A stretch of 64,000 nucleotides of DNA from Candidatus Omnitrophota bacterium (lineage in GTDB: Bacteria > Omnitrophota > Gorgyraeia > Zapsychrales > Zapsychraceae): NCBI GenBank assembly GCA_003528115.1, contig DOGZ01000014.1, positions 166,081-230,080 of the forward strand. The letters are read 5' to 3'. Below the pieces are notes generated by a model. The model had not been told where the DNA came from, did no database searches, and worked only from the letters and a program-made list of their open reading frames with translations. A program made the translations under genes and the position numbers. Below, piece by piece: positions 9,767 to 19,450 of the stretch (its first letter is position 1; each line of letters starts with the position of its first letter).

Positions 9767-10402
9767 ATGGATTATAAAAAGATCAGGAAAATCGCGTTTA
9801 TAGTGAGTTTGATCATCATATCCGCGTTTATCGCGTTGGAGGTTTCTCAGTATAAAGCCTTTGTTCAGGCTGAGAATGAATGGCAGCAGAAGACGCGGGA
9901 ATTAACCTTCGTGCGAGAAGAAATTGTTCAGATAGAGAAATTAATCGTTGATTATGAAAAGGACAAAGAGGCGTTTGAAGAATTGTTATTTACGGAACGG
10001 GATATTCCAGCGTTTCTGGACGAAATTTCCAAATTCGCCAAGATGGATCATGTCAATCTTGTGGATATGCAGACGCAGAGATTTTATCAGGTTCCCATGC
10101 CGGAAGAGGCGGTTAAGCAGAGCAAGTTTGCGTCAGGGGCGCGAAACAGTCCAGTGACAGACGCTGAGAAAGAGCAGCAGAAAGAAAACATTTTAACCTT
10201 ATCGGCCATGCCTATTGACGTCAAACTGGAAGGGGAGTTCGTTGATTTGGCCAATTTTCTGGGCCGATTGCAAGAGTATAAACAATTAACCAATATCAGC
10301 GATGTGGATATCATTTTAACAGGGGACTATCCGAAACTCAGTTGTCAGTTTACCGTAAATATATACAGTTTAAAAACACTAGAGGATTTTAAGATAAAAT
10401 GA
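9767..10402 (+). CDS. pilO: PilO-like alignment protein
   Basis: TM plus coiled coil, DIPAFLDEISK, PIDVKLEGEFVDLANFL; position after pilMN. Confidence 0.75.
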   Translation: MDYKKIRKIAFIVSLIIISAFIALEVSQYKAFVQAENEWQQKTRELTFVREEIVQIEKLIVDYEKDKEAFEELLFTERDIPAFLDEISKFAKMDHVNLVDMQTQRFYQVPMPEEAVKQSKFASGARNSPVTDAEKEQQKENILTLSAMPIDVKLEGEFVDLANFLGRLQEYKQLTNISDVDIILTGDYPKLSCQFTVNIYSLKTLEDFKIK

Positions 10403-10863
10403 AAATATTCCAAATTATTCTTACTTTTATGTTGGCGTGGAGTGTCACCGGATGCGATCAGCTTTCCCGGTTAATCGCGCATAAAGAACAAAAAGAAACC
10501 CAGACAACCCAGTCGGCTGTTATTCAAATGGTCGACAATCCGCAATTAGCTCAGATGATTCTTAAACCCAAACAAGAAAGAATCGTTGTCAGCCGCGACC
10601 CTTTCAAACCGGTGACGGCGCGATCCGTGGTTACGGCGAAGGTCATTGATCAAGGCGCAGATGACCTGGTTAGTGGGATGGAGTATCTGGGTGTGGTCAG
10701 AGTGGGGGAGCGGTATTCCGCTCTTTTAAAATCCAATCAGATTAAAGGGGTATTCAGCGTCCATGATCGTATCAGTCAATTAACTGTCGTTGACATCCAG
10801 GAAGATTTTGTGATGTTAAACAATGGGACAAAATCCTACAAAATAAAGAGAGGTGTAAAGTGA
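10399..10863 (+). CDS. PilP-like lipoprotein
   Basis: Lipobox VTGC, RDPF motif, lies between pilO and the secretin. Confidence 0.65.
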   Translation: MKIFQIILTFMLAWSVTGCDQLSRLIAHKEQKETQTTQSAVIQMVDNPQLAQMILKPKQERIVVSRDPFKPVTARSVVTAKVIDQGADDLVSGMEYLGVVRVGERYSALLKSNQIKGVFSVHDRISQLTVVDIQEDFVMLNNGTKSYKIKRGVK

Positions 10864-12623
10864 AACCCAGGTCTATAGGAATAATTCATTTAGCCGTTTT
10901 GTTTGTTCTGGCGTTTTTCTTATCGCCGGCAGCGGCCGAAAAGAATCCTGGTCCTGACATTGTGCTTCAGATGGACGGGATTATTTCTCAAATTGACAAT
11001 CTTTTAAGCGTTGAGAAGACAACACCGCCCGATGTTGCCCTGGTAGCTGAACCTTTGCCAGGAGAAAGTACACTGCTCGCGTCAACGGGCCAGTACAACG
11101 CCGGAGATGACCAGAAGTTTCATACATTTCAGGAATTTCAGAAATCAAGACAGGCGAAGAATGAGACGCCCAAGAATGAGGATATCCTTGTCCAGCAGGA
11201 TGTTGCCGGCAACGTGAAAGAACCGCAGCCCTCATCCGTTGTCGAGAGCGACACCGTTGCTGCCCAGAACCCTTCGGAGGAAATATATTATGATGAAGGA
11301 CTTCTTAAAGAAGATATCCGGGAACAATATATGGATGGTTTAGAAAAGAGGATTAAAATCGATGAGGCCTACCTTGAGGCCAGAAAGATAAAACTGCCGG
11401 AGGGACCTGTAAAATCCGAAGAAAAAGATAAACAGCCTTTGATTCAGACGGCGGAAGAAATTATTCGCGGCCTTGTGAAGGCAGAGGATCAAGACCGAAA
11501 GATTGATCTTGATTTTGATGCCGTAAAATTGCAGGATATCTTTATGACGCTGGGCAAGGCGGCCGGGGTCAATGTGGTGCTTGATCCGGCACTCAGGGAT
11601 CAGCCTCTGGATCTTCATCTGAAGCAGGTCACTTTGGAGGAGGCCTTCTTATTGATCGCTAATTCCTATGATTTGGGATTTAAAAAGGTTGAACAATCGC
11701 TGTATATTACCGGCAAGGAAAAATTGAAGGAACAGAATGTGGCTTCCAAGGTTATCAAGTTGAGAAATATCAGCGCGTCCGAGGCCGAGACGATGGTCAA
11801 AGATCTTATTAAGAAAGTCAATGTCAGCGAGGAGATCAATAGCCTCATTGTCGTGGGGGATCCCCAGGAGATCGTGAATGTGGAGCACGTTATTAGAACT
11901 ATCGATAAGGCCCAGCCTCAAGTTATCCTGGAAGCCAAGATTATTGAAGTGAACAGAGACGCTTTGAAAGATTTAGGCATTGACTGGATGGATTCTATAA
12001 CGATGGATTATGTGGAATCCGGCCGGCCTTTGTCCATTTCAGGGACGGTGGAATCTCCCAAGAAGTCTCTGCTGGACGTCGGGTCTTTTCAGCGGACACC
12101 GCTTTTGTTTGACTCAACGATTAAAATGCTGGAAAACCAGAATAAGGCCAAGGTGTTGTCCAATCCGCGCGTGACAACGCTTAATGATAAAGAGGCCGAG
12201 ATCTTTGTCGGAGACCGCATCCCGTTCACGGTCACGAATGTGACCGGCGGGGTTGTCACGACCGAGGTTCAATGGGTTGAGCCCGGGATCCGTCTTGTGA
12301 TCACACCGTCGATTATTGAAGACGACTTTGTGGTGATCAAGGTCGAGCCGGAGGTAAGTTTTATTTTCGGTTTCCGGGGGCCTAATGATGAATTTCCCCA
12401 CGTGAAAACGAGAGAAGCCACCGCTTATGTGAGGGTTCAGAACAAACAGCCGTTCATGCTCGGAGGCCTGCTGAATCAGGAAGATAAACAGAATCTGTAT
12501 AAGGTTCCTTTTCTCGGAGATGTGCCATTATTAGGGAATCTCTTCAGCTATGAAAAACACACGGTTTTGGACACGGAACTTATTATCACCATTACCCCTA
12601 CCATTGTTCACAGTGGGGTATAA
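10860..12623 (+). CDS. pilQ: Secretin, PilQ/GspD family
   Basis: Signal peptide, N0/N3 domains, QVILEAKIIEV, KVLSNPRVTTLND, KVPFLGDVPLLGNLF. Confidence 0.85.
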   Translation: MKPRSIGIIHLAVLFVLAFFLSPAAAEKNPGPDIVLQMDGIISQIDNLLSVEKTTPPDVALVAEPLPGESTLLASTGQYNAGDDQKFHTFQEFQKSRQAKNETPKNEDILVQQDVAGNVKEPQPSSVVESDTVAAQNPSEEIYYDEGLLKEDIREQYMDGLEKRIKIDEAYLEARKIKLPEGPVKSEEKDKQPLIQTAEEIIRGLVKAEDQDRKIDLDFDAVKLQDIFMTLGKAAGVNVVLDPALRDQPLDLHLKQVTLEEAFLLIANSYDLGFKKVEQSLYITGKEKLKEQNVASKVIKLRNISASEAETMVKDLIKKVNVSEEINSLIVVGDPQEIVNVEHVIRTIDKAQPQVILEAKIIEVNRDALKDLGIDWMDSITMDYVESGRPLSISGTVESPKKSLLDVGSFQRTPLLFDSTIKMLENQNKAKVLSNPRVTTLNDKEAEIFVGDRIPFTVTNVTGGVVTTEVQWVEPGIRLVITPSIIEDDFVVIKVEPEVSFIFGFRGPNDEFPHVKTREATAYVRVQNKQPFMLGGLLNQEDKQNLYKVPFLGDVPLLGNLFSYEKHTVLDTELIITITPTIVHSGV

Positions 12624-12645
12624 AGGTGAATTTTTATGAGCCGGG

Positions 12646-12681
12646 AAAAACAGCCTCGCCTGGAGCGGGGTTGTTTTTTTT
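12646..12681 (+). terminator. Intrinsic terminator after the secretin gene
   Basis: AAAAACAGCCTCGC-CTGGA-GCGGGGTTGTTTTT stem with a T tract. Confidence 0.7.
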
Positions 12682-12690
12682 GAGTGAGAA

Positions 12691-13638
12691 ATGGATTCTA
12701 AAATGAAAATGATAAGAAAGTTATTCTCGCGCGACGCCTTTAGTCTGGTTGAGGTATTAGTCAGTATTGTCATTGTCGGCCTGATCAGTTCCATGGGATG
12801 GTTCGCGGTCTCGAGCTATACGCAATCTGAAATGGTCACCCGAAACCGCGTCTTGGCCGTCAACCTCATGCAGAAATCCCAGGAAGATCTTCGGGCGGCG
12901 GCACAGACCTTTTTTGATCAACTGGAGGACAACACGTGTGATTTTATTTCCGGTAATCCCTGCGGGCTTGATCCCAATATCACAACCGGCTTGCCCTTAG
13001 ACTATTCGGTTAATCTTACGATAACCCGAGAAGCGAGTGCTGAATTGAAAAGAGCGCTCATTACCGTCAACTGGTCTGAATTCGGGGCGGCGCATAGTAT
13101 AAATACTATTGTTTTTCTGGCCCGTCCGCCGGAACCGGTGCCGGGCAATGTCATTGGCCGGGTCCGGGGCTCCAATACCGGGGGGAATGCTTTGTCTTTG
13201 GTTACTATTCGGTTGACACCGAGTGATGGTTCAAGTGACATAACGACCATCACTACCCCGGAATGGCTACATACAAATTTGGACGGAACCACGCGGATGA
13301 TTAATTATGATTATTCGGGGACTACGGGACGGTTCAGTTTGAAACCGGGTTCGTATATATTGACGGCTCAGCGGTCAGGGTACAGCAATTACACGCATCC
13401 GACTCAGGTGAATGTTTCTTCTAACCAGGAGACGATCATTGATTTTACGATGACGGTTGTTTTCTCTCCACCGCCGGTCTGCGGTAATGGGGTATGCCAA
13501 TCCGGGGAATCTTGCGTTACGTGTCCAGTGGATTGTGGTCCTTGTCCGCCGCCGCGGGTCTGCGGCAATGGAAGCTGCGAAGGCAGAGAAAACTGTGAGA
13601 ATTGCGAAAATGATTGCGGGATATGTTCGGGACTTTGA
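12691..13638 (+). CDS. Minor pilin (PilV-like) with a beta-sandwich domain and two Cys-rich repeats
   Basis: RDA|FSLVEVLVSIV; carboxypeptidase-regulatory-like LKPGSYILTAQRSGY; two CGNGxCxxxExCxxCxxDC repeats. Confidence 0.75.
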   Translation: MDSKMKMIRKLFSRDAFSLVEVLVSIVIVGLISSMGWFAVSSYTQSEMVTRNRVLAVNLMQKSQEDLRAAAQTFFDQLEDNTCDFISGNPCGLDPNITTGLPLDYSVNLTITREASAELKRALITVNWSEFGAAHSINTIVFLARPPEPVPGNVIGRVRGSNTGGNALSLVTIRLTPSDGSSDITTITTPEWLHTNLDGTTRMINYDYSGTTGRFSLKPGSYILTAQRSGYSNYTHPTQVNVSSNQETIIDFTMTVVFSPPPVCGNGVCQSGESCVTCPVDCGPCPPPRVCGNGSCEGRENCENCENDCGICSGL

Positions 13639-13651
13639 TGTGTTGGAAATC

Positions 13652-14155
13652 ATGAAGAATATGAAAAAAAGAATTAAAGACAGCTCAGATAAATATTTTG
13701 TCCAGAAGAAGGCCTTCACGCTGGTCGAGCTTATCGTTGTTGTTCTTATTTTAGGGATCGGGACGGCGATGTTTTATTCTGTTCTGAGTATGAACTGGAT
13801 GGCCTCAGAACAACATATCACCAGGTCCGATATGTGGCAGGAGTTAAACAGGGTTGTTGAAACGGCTAATGCCGATGGACGCAGGTCCAATCTTATAACG
13901 GTATCCAATCCTCTTTCGGTTATCTTTTCAGATAACAATGGAACTGTTATCGCTACATATACGATTACTGCCGGCGGCCTTATTCAGAGAGATACAGGAA
14001 CGGGGCCTGTGACTCTTTCAGAAAAAGCTGATCAGACGAATTCCAGTTTTGTAATAAACGGCCGGTCCGTAATCATGACATTGGTTCTGCAGGAAAATGT
14101 GATGGGGGATCCGGTTCAGGCAAGGACGTCGGTGGAAATTTTTCCCCGGAATTGA
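13652..14155 (+). CDS. Minor pilin (PilW-like)
   Basis: KKA|FTLVELIVVVLILG N-methylation motif, ends in FPRN; start trimmed from the track ORF at 13457. Confidence 0.75.
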   Translation: MKNMKKRIKDSSDKYFVQKKAFTLVELIVVVLILGIGTAMFYSVLSMNWMASEQHITRSDMWQELNRVVETANADGRRSNLITVSNPLSVIFSDNNGTVIATYTITAGGLIQRDTGTGPVTLSEKADQTNSSFVINGRSVIMTLVLQENVMGDPVQARTSVEIFPRN

Positions 14156-14188
14156 GGAACGTTCAGAAGGGATAACCTCTTTGAGGCA

Positions 14189-15484
14189 ATGATGATGACA
14201 AAAAGTCCAATACCACAAAAGAGCGGGAGGAATCATCAAAACGGGTTTGTTCTCATGGGATCGGTTGTTTTGTTATTTTTTATATCGGTCCTTCTCGCGG
14301 CCGCTTTTTTAAGGACCAATATAGAACTCACGAGCAGTGAACGAAGAATCTCGACGCAACAGGCCTTTTATGGAGCTGAGGCGGGGATGGACAGGGCCAT
14401 TTTTCAGTTGCGCCGTAACATCAATTGGAGACCCACGGCCGCGGATGTGAACGTACCGGTTGACCGTATTGCGGGGGATGATACAACCGTGCTGGCCTAT
14501 TACACGATCCAGGCCAGTGCCAATACCCAAGTGTTTCAGGGGTTAGATACCTTGTGGGTCAGGTCAACGGGCCAAAATGCCCGGAGGAATGTCGCCGGAG
14601 TCCCGCCTACGCCTCGGGCGGTGGAGGCGAGAGTTTGGGTTCAGAACCCGGCTGCCTTTCTTTTTTCAACGTTAGGTAACCTGAAGATCTATAGCGGGTC
14701 CACCATCCAGGATGATATTTTGGGACGGAATATTGATTTCTATGTGAATAATAATTTACCGCCGGCGCAGAGAAGTATAACGATGACAGGAAAGGTCAAT
14801 TATTTAAGCAGTGTGACCCGGTATAATAATTCCTATGTCAACGGCGGAGGAGGCGTTAGCCGGCAGCTTATCCCGGCAATGACGTTCTCGGGCATTGATC
14901 TCGATTACTACAGGCTGATCGCCCAAGGGGCCAACGGGAGGTACTATTCCAGCGGCAATCAAACCCTCGATTTATCCAGCGTGGATTCAACGATTGATAT
15001 TGTTTTAGTCGAGGGAGGAGGTAACCTCACAGTCTCCGGGACCTATGATCATTCGATCATTGTCATTGCCGACGGGAATATCACGATTACAAACAATATT
15101 ATGCCTGACGCGAGCCTGGCCGAGACTCCGCAGATAGGATTAATGGCCAATAGAGATGTCATCATCGCGGGCAGTGCTCCGAATAATTTAAATGTGGAAG
15201 CCTTTTTATTAGCCAACGGCAACGGAACGTCCAACGGCAGATTTAGGGCCCTGGGAACCAGGGGAACCAAGGGGACGTTAAATTTTCATGGATCCATTGC
15301 CGTCAGAGGCGAGAGTAGTGCAACAGCCATCGATACGAATGTTTACAACACAAGAAATTATAGCTTTAATGACCAGTTAAGAGACAACCGATCCATTCCT
15401 TATCTTCTTTACATCGCCAATATTGTACCCGGGACGTGGCGTGAAGTGGATGATCCGAATAACGCGCCGTTCCCGCCTTCCTAA
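14189..15484 (+). CDS. PilX-like minor pilin with a large beta-rich C-terminal domain
   Basis: QNG|FVLMGSVVLL (no E5), QAFYGAEAGMDRA PilX_N motif, terminal WRE. Confidence 0.75.
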   Translation: MMMTKSPIPQKSGRNHQNGFVLMGSVVLLFFISVLLAAAFLRTNIELTSSERRISTQQAFYGAEAGMDRAIFQLRRNINWRPTAADVNVPVDRIAGDDTTVLAYYTIQASANTQVFQGLDTLWVRSTGQNARRNVAGVPPTPRAVEARVWVQNPAAFLFSTLGNLKIYSGSTIQDDILGRNIDFYVNNNLPPAQRSITMTGKVNYLSSVTRYNNSYVNGGGGVSRQLIPAMTFSGIDLDYYRLIAQGANGRYYSSGNQTLDLSSVDSTIDIVLVEGGGNLTVSGTYDHSIIVIADGNITITNNIMPDASLAETPQIGLMANRDVIIAGSAPNNLNVEAFLLANGNGTSNGRFRALGTRGTKGTLNFHGSIAVRGESSATAIDTNVYNTRNYSFNDQLRDNRSIPYLLYIANIVPGTWREVDDPNNAPFPPS

Positions 15485-15523
15485 TGACCGGCATCCCGGC
15501 CTTAAACAAAAAAAAGAAATAGC

Positions 15524-15549
15524 GCCTATCCTTTGGGATAGGCTTTTTT
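15524..15549 (+). terminator. Intrinsic terminator
   Basis: GCCTATCC-TTTG-GGATAGGC followed by TTTTTT. Confidence 0.8.
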
Positions 15550-15583
15550 GCGCGACGGAAAGGCAGAATACTGTTTCCTTTAG

Positions 15584-15611
15584 TTGACAAGAAAAGGAAT
15601 AGATGTAAAAA
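15584..15611 (+). promoter_or_regulatory. Sigma70 promoter of the T2SS-like operon
   Basis: TTGACA-N16-TAAAAT just downstream of the terminator. Confidence 0.6.
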
Positions 15612-15670
15612 TCAGGCTGTTATTTCTTGGATCGGATGCTGGGCACTAAATTTCAGGACAGGATTAAACA

Positions 15671-17371
15671 ATGGGCGCGGAAGATAAAATTCCTTTAGGA
15701 CAATTGCTGGTTGAAAAACAGATTATTACGTCGGAGCAACTGGACATCGCTCTGCGTAAACAAAAAGAGACCGGTGAATTGTTGGGCGCTATCCTCCTGG
15801 GGCTCGGTTTTGTCGACGAAGAAATGGTCTTTCTTCCCGCTCTGGCGGGACAGAGCGGCGTGGATTACATTCATTTAAAGAATACGCCTATTGCCCTCGA
15901 AGTCATCGGGCAGATCCCTGCCAAGTTTGCCAGCTATTATCAGGTTATTCCCGTTGAGCTGAAGAATAATATATTGACCCTGGCCACGACACGGCCTTTG
16001 GATGTCCATGTCCTGGATGAAATCGGTCTGGTTGTCAAGGCTCGTCTCAAACCTGTGTTGGCCAGTGAAAAAGATATTTTGGAAGCTATCCGGCAATATT
16101 ATGGCGTCGGCGCTGAGACCATTGAACAAATGATGGATACGGTTCAGCCTGTCCGAAGTCTTGAGAGTGACGTGGCTAATATAGAGGAAATTGAATCGGA
16201 GGCCTCCATCAGCAAATTCCTCAATCAGATTTTCCTGGAGGCGTACAGGGACCGGGCGACGGATATTCATATAGAACCTTTTGAGGACGAGCTTCAAATC
16301 CGTTATCGTGTCGACGGTATTCTTTATGACGCGAAGGTCCCTTCGAACATCAAACACTTTAAGGATTCCATCAATTCGCGTATTAAAATTCTATCCAACC
16401 TGAATATCGCCGAGAAAAGGATGCCGCAGGACGGCCGTTTTAAACTTAAGGTAGGGAATGTGGATCTCGATCTGCGCGTATCTTTTCTCCCGACTCCTTA
16501 TGGCGAGAGTGTTGTCTTGAGAATCCTTAATGCCACAAGTCTTTACAGTCTTGAGGAACTGGGATTCTCCTTTGAAGAACACCGTCTGATTGAAGGGTTG
16601 ATTAGGGAACCGCACGGGATTATTTTCTTGACGGGGCCCACAGGAAGCGGGAAGACCACCACGCTTTATTCCTGCCTCGCGCGGCTGAATACGGAAGAGA
16701 AAAAAATCATCACGGTGGAAGACCCGATTGAATACCAGTTAAAAGGCATTACTCAAATTCAGGTCAACCCTAAAATAGGATTAACCTTCGCGCACGGGCT
16801 TCGTTCCATGCTGCGGCACGACCCTGATGTCATGATGGTCGGTGAAGTGCGGGACATTGAGACGGCCGAAATCGCGATCCAGGTGGCCTTGACAGGCCAT
16901 TTGATATTCTCGACGCTTCATACCAATGACGCCGCCGGCGGGGTGACCAGGCTTTTGGATATGGGGGTCGAGCCGTATCTCATTACCAGCACCGTTGAGT
17001 GTTTTATCGCCCAAAGACTTGTTCGTGTCTTGTGTCCCAAGTGTAAAAAAAACGTCAAACTCACGGCCGATGTCATTAAAGAGTTTTATGGACAGATGGA
17101 GGGAAGTTCAGAAATAGTTGTTCATGAAAGCGTGGGATGTGAATCGTGCAATTTTACCGGGTATAGCGGGCGGGAGGCCATTTATGAATTTCTTGTGTTA
17201 AATGAATCTATTCGCAGGATGATTATTGAACGGGTAACGGCGAATCAGATTAAAGAAAAAGCCATTGAGTGCGGGATGAAGACGTTGCGCCAGGCCGGCT
17301 GGGAGAAAGTGAAAAAGGGGGTCACGTCCCTTCAGGAAGTGATCCGGGTCACGCATGAGGCGGAGGCTTAG
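15671..17371 (+). CDS. gspE: Type II secretion ATPase GspE
   Basis: ATDIHIEP, IAEKRMPQDGR, GPTGSGKTTTLY, RHDPDVMMVGEVRD, CPKC/CESC; heads the gspEFG order. Confidence 0.88.
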   Translation: MGAEDKIPLGQLLVEKQIITSEQLDIALRKQKETGELLGAILLGLGFVDEEMVFLPALAGQSGVDYIHLKNTPIALEVIGQIPAKFASYYQVIPVELKNNILTLATTRPLDVHVLDEIGLVVKARLKPVLASEKDILEAIRQYYGVGAETIEQMMDTVQPVRSLESDVANIEEIESEASISKFLNQIFLEAYRDRATDIHIEPFEDELQIRYRVDGILYDAKVPSNIKHFKDSINSRIKILSNLNIAEKRMPQDGRFKLKVGNVDLDLRVSFLPTPYGESVVLRILNATSLYSLEELGFSFEEHRLIEGLIREPHGIIFLTGPTGSGKTTTLYSCLARLNTEEKKIITVEDPIEYQLKGITQIQVNPKIGLTFAHGLRSMLRHDPDVMMVGEVRDIETAEIAIQVALTGHLIFSTLHTNDAAGGVTRLLDMGVEPYLITSTVECFIAQRLVRVLCPKCKKNVKLTADVIKEFYGQMEGSSEIVVHESVGCESCNFTGYSGREAIYEFLVLNESIRRMIIERVTANQIKEKAIECGMKTLRQAGWEKVKKGVTSLQEVIRVTHEAEA

Positions 17372-17452
17372 CAGCACCTCGACAATTTTTAAGTGGGAGC
17401 TTACCCGCCCCAGGGCTTTTTGGTTCTTTGCGAAAACGTGGACTCAAAAATT

Positions 17453-18682
17453 ATGCCTATATTCCATTACAAAGCTAAAGAGGGTCCCACTAAGGTTATT
17501 GACGGGGGTGTTGAGGCCAATAGCCTCCAAGAAGCGGTCGCGAAAATTTCCCGTAAAGGACTGACACCCTTGGATGTCTGGCCGGCGAGTCCGGGGGAAC
17601 TGAAGGCCTATCAAAGAAATATTCGATCCCCTAAATCGACGATAAAAAAGTGCCGGTTCACCGATGTTGTGATTTTTACGCGGCAGATTTCTGATCTGGC
17701 GGATGCCGCTGTTCCGATTTTACGGGCGCTTCAGATTGTCGCCAATCAAACGCCTCATCCGTATTTGAAAGACGTGATACAGGAAATGCAAGAGTTTGTC
17801 AAGAACGGGGGGGCCTTCTCCGAGGCCTTGGGCCGTTATCCAGATATATTTTCTTCCCTTTATGTGAATATGATTCGAACAGGCGAGGTCGGAGGACACC
17901 TGGAGGCTGTCTTACGTCGATTAGCCGATTATTTGGAAAAGGAGCAAGAGACTATCACCAAGGTCCGTTTGAGTCTGGCCTATCCTTTGTTAATTCTCAT
18001 CGTGGGTGTGATTGTTGTCTTGGTTTTGTTAACCTTTGTGATCCCGCGGCTTTCTGTTATCTTTGATGATTTTGACCAAGCATTGCCGTGGCCTACGGTC
18101 ATTCTTATGAATATCAGCGGATTCTTTGCCCGATATTGGTGGGTCTTGGTAGGAGTGACGGCCGTGGGGGGAGTCAATTTAAATCGATGGCTGCGTTCAC
18201 CCAAGGGGCGCGCGTGGTTTGATACCTTTAAGATTAACATTCCTCTTTTGGGTGAATTTGTCAAGGTCGTCGAGATCGGCCGTTTCGCGCGGACATTAGG
18301 GACATTGGTCGAAGGGGGTGTCGCTATTACAACGGCTCTCCATTCCGTCTGGGCGACCATAGGTAATACCGTGTTAAGAGACGAAATTAAAAATGTCTCG
18401 GATGAGGTGACCAATGGGGCGAGTTTGAAGGACGCCCTAAAGCGCTGCTCATTTTTCCCGGAGGCCGCTCTGAACATGATTGCCGTGGGAGAAGAAACAG
18501 GGCGGTTAGAGCGGGGGCTTCATAAAATTGCCGACACATTTGAAAGAAAGTCCGATCAGACCATCAAGACCATGACGTCTTTGCTGGGCCCCATCGTCCT
18601 GATTGTTATTGTCCTGATAGTTGGTTTTGTTGTGATCGCGATGTTACTTCCCATATTTCAGATGAATTTATTAATTCAGTAA
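17453..18682 (+). CDS. gspF: Type II secretion platform protein GspF
   Basis: MPIFHYKA start, GEVGGHL, LAYP, GEETGRL, AMLLPIF. Confidence 0.88.
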   Translation: MPIFHYKAKEGPTKVIDGGVEANSLQEAVAKISRKGLTPLDVWPASPGELKAYQRNIRSPKSTIKKCRFTDVVIFTRQISDLADAAVPILRALQIVANQTPHPYLKDVIQEMQEFVKNGGAFSEALGRYPDIFSSLYVNMIRTGEVGGHLEAVLRRLADYLEKEQETITKVRLSLAYPLLILIVGVIVVLVLLTFVIPRLSVIFDDFDQALPWPTVILMNISGFFARYWWVLVGVTAVGGVNLNRWLRSPKGRAWFDTFKINIPLLGEFVKVVEIGRFARTLGTLVEGGVAITTALHSVWATIGNTVLRDEIKNVSDEVTNGASLKDALKRCSFFPEAALNMIAVGEETGRLERGLHKIADTFERKSDQTIKTMTSLLGPIVLIVIVLIVGFVVIAMLLPIFQMNLLIQ

Positions 18683-18825
18683 CGCGATGTTCACCGGAAG
18701 GGTCGCTCCTTATCGAGGAGTGAGGCTCAAGGCGGAAAGATGAAGGCCTTCATTTAATTTTAAATGACGAGCCGCGTCATTTCCTTCTAAATGGAAATGA
18801 GGAAAAATGACGGGAGGGGATAAAC

Positions 18826-19275
18826 ATGTTTTTAAAAAGGAATAAAAATGGTTTTACAATGATTGAAATTATGCTGGTGGTGATTATTATCGGGATCCTG
18901 GCGGCCATGGTTATTCCTAATTTGGCCGGCCGCAGGGAGCAGGCGCGCGCCGTCGTCGCTAAAGCGGACATTGAGGCGAATCTCTCCGCAGCCATGGATT
19001 TATATGAAATCGATAATGGACAATATCCGACGACAGAACAAGGTCTGAAGGCGTTAGTGTTGAAACCTTCTTCCGCGCCGGTTCCGGAAAATTGGAATGG
19101 CCCTTATCTCAAGAAGAAAAAGGTTCCGCAGGATCCATGGGGAAAAGATTATAACTATGTTGCCCCCGGAATTCATAATACGGATGGATATGATTTGTCT
19201 TCGTATGGCAAGGATCAGGTTGAGAGCGATGATGATATTATTAACTGGAGCGATGAAGAAGTTTCCCAGGAATAA
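18826..19275 (+). CDS. gspG: Major pseudopilin GspG
   Basis: NG|FTMIEIMLVV, YPTTEQGLKAL, WNGPYL, DPWGKDY, DDDIINW. Confidence 0.93.
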   Translation: MFLKRNKNGFTMIEIMLVVIIIGILAAMVIPNLAGRREQARAVVAKADIEANLSAAMDLYEIDNGQYPTTEQGLKALVLKPSSAPVPENWNGPYLKKKKVPQDPWGKDYNYVAPGIHNTDGYDLSSYGKDQVESDDDIINWSDEEVSQE

Positions 19276-19278
19276 GAA

Positions 19279-19403
19279 CAGGCCCTTCGCCTTTGGCGAT
19301 CTGCTTGGTTGCAACCTCCGGTGCTCGCTCAACGTCCATACGCCGGTCGCCTCGCTTCGTTCCCCGGTTGGGCCGCGCATCCCCTTCAAACGCGAAAGGC
19401 CTG
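19279..19403. repeat. GC-rich palindromic intergenic element (REP/MITE-like)
   Basis: Ends CAGGCCCTTCGC and GCGAAAGGCCTG are 11/12 inverted and enclose ~100 nt with further short complementary tracts. Confidence 0.5.
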
Positions 19404-19450
19404 AAGATGAGGGGAATGCCCGAGCAGAAGCCCCCGACATTTTATCTTTC

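Noticed and set aside
13457-13651. N-terminal extension of the track ORF 13457..14155
   Set aside because: Overlaps the Cys-rich end of the upstream pilin; the prepilin motif fits a start at 13652 or 13661
19097-19450. Long N-terminal extension of gspH
   Set aside because: Overlaps gspG and runs through the palindromic element; the prepilin leader fits ATG 19451
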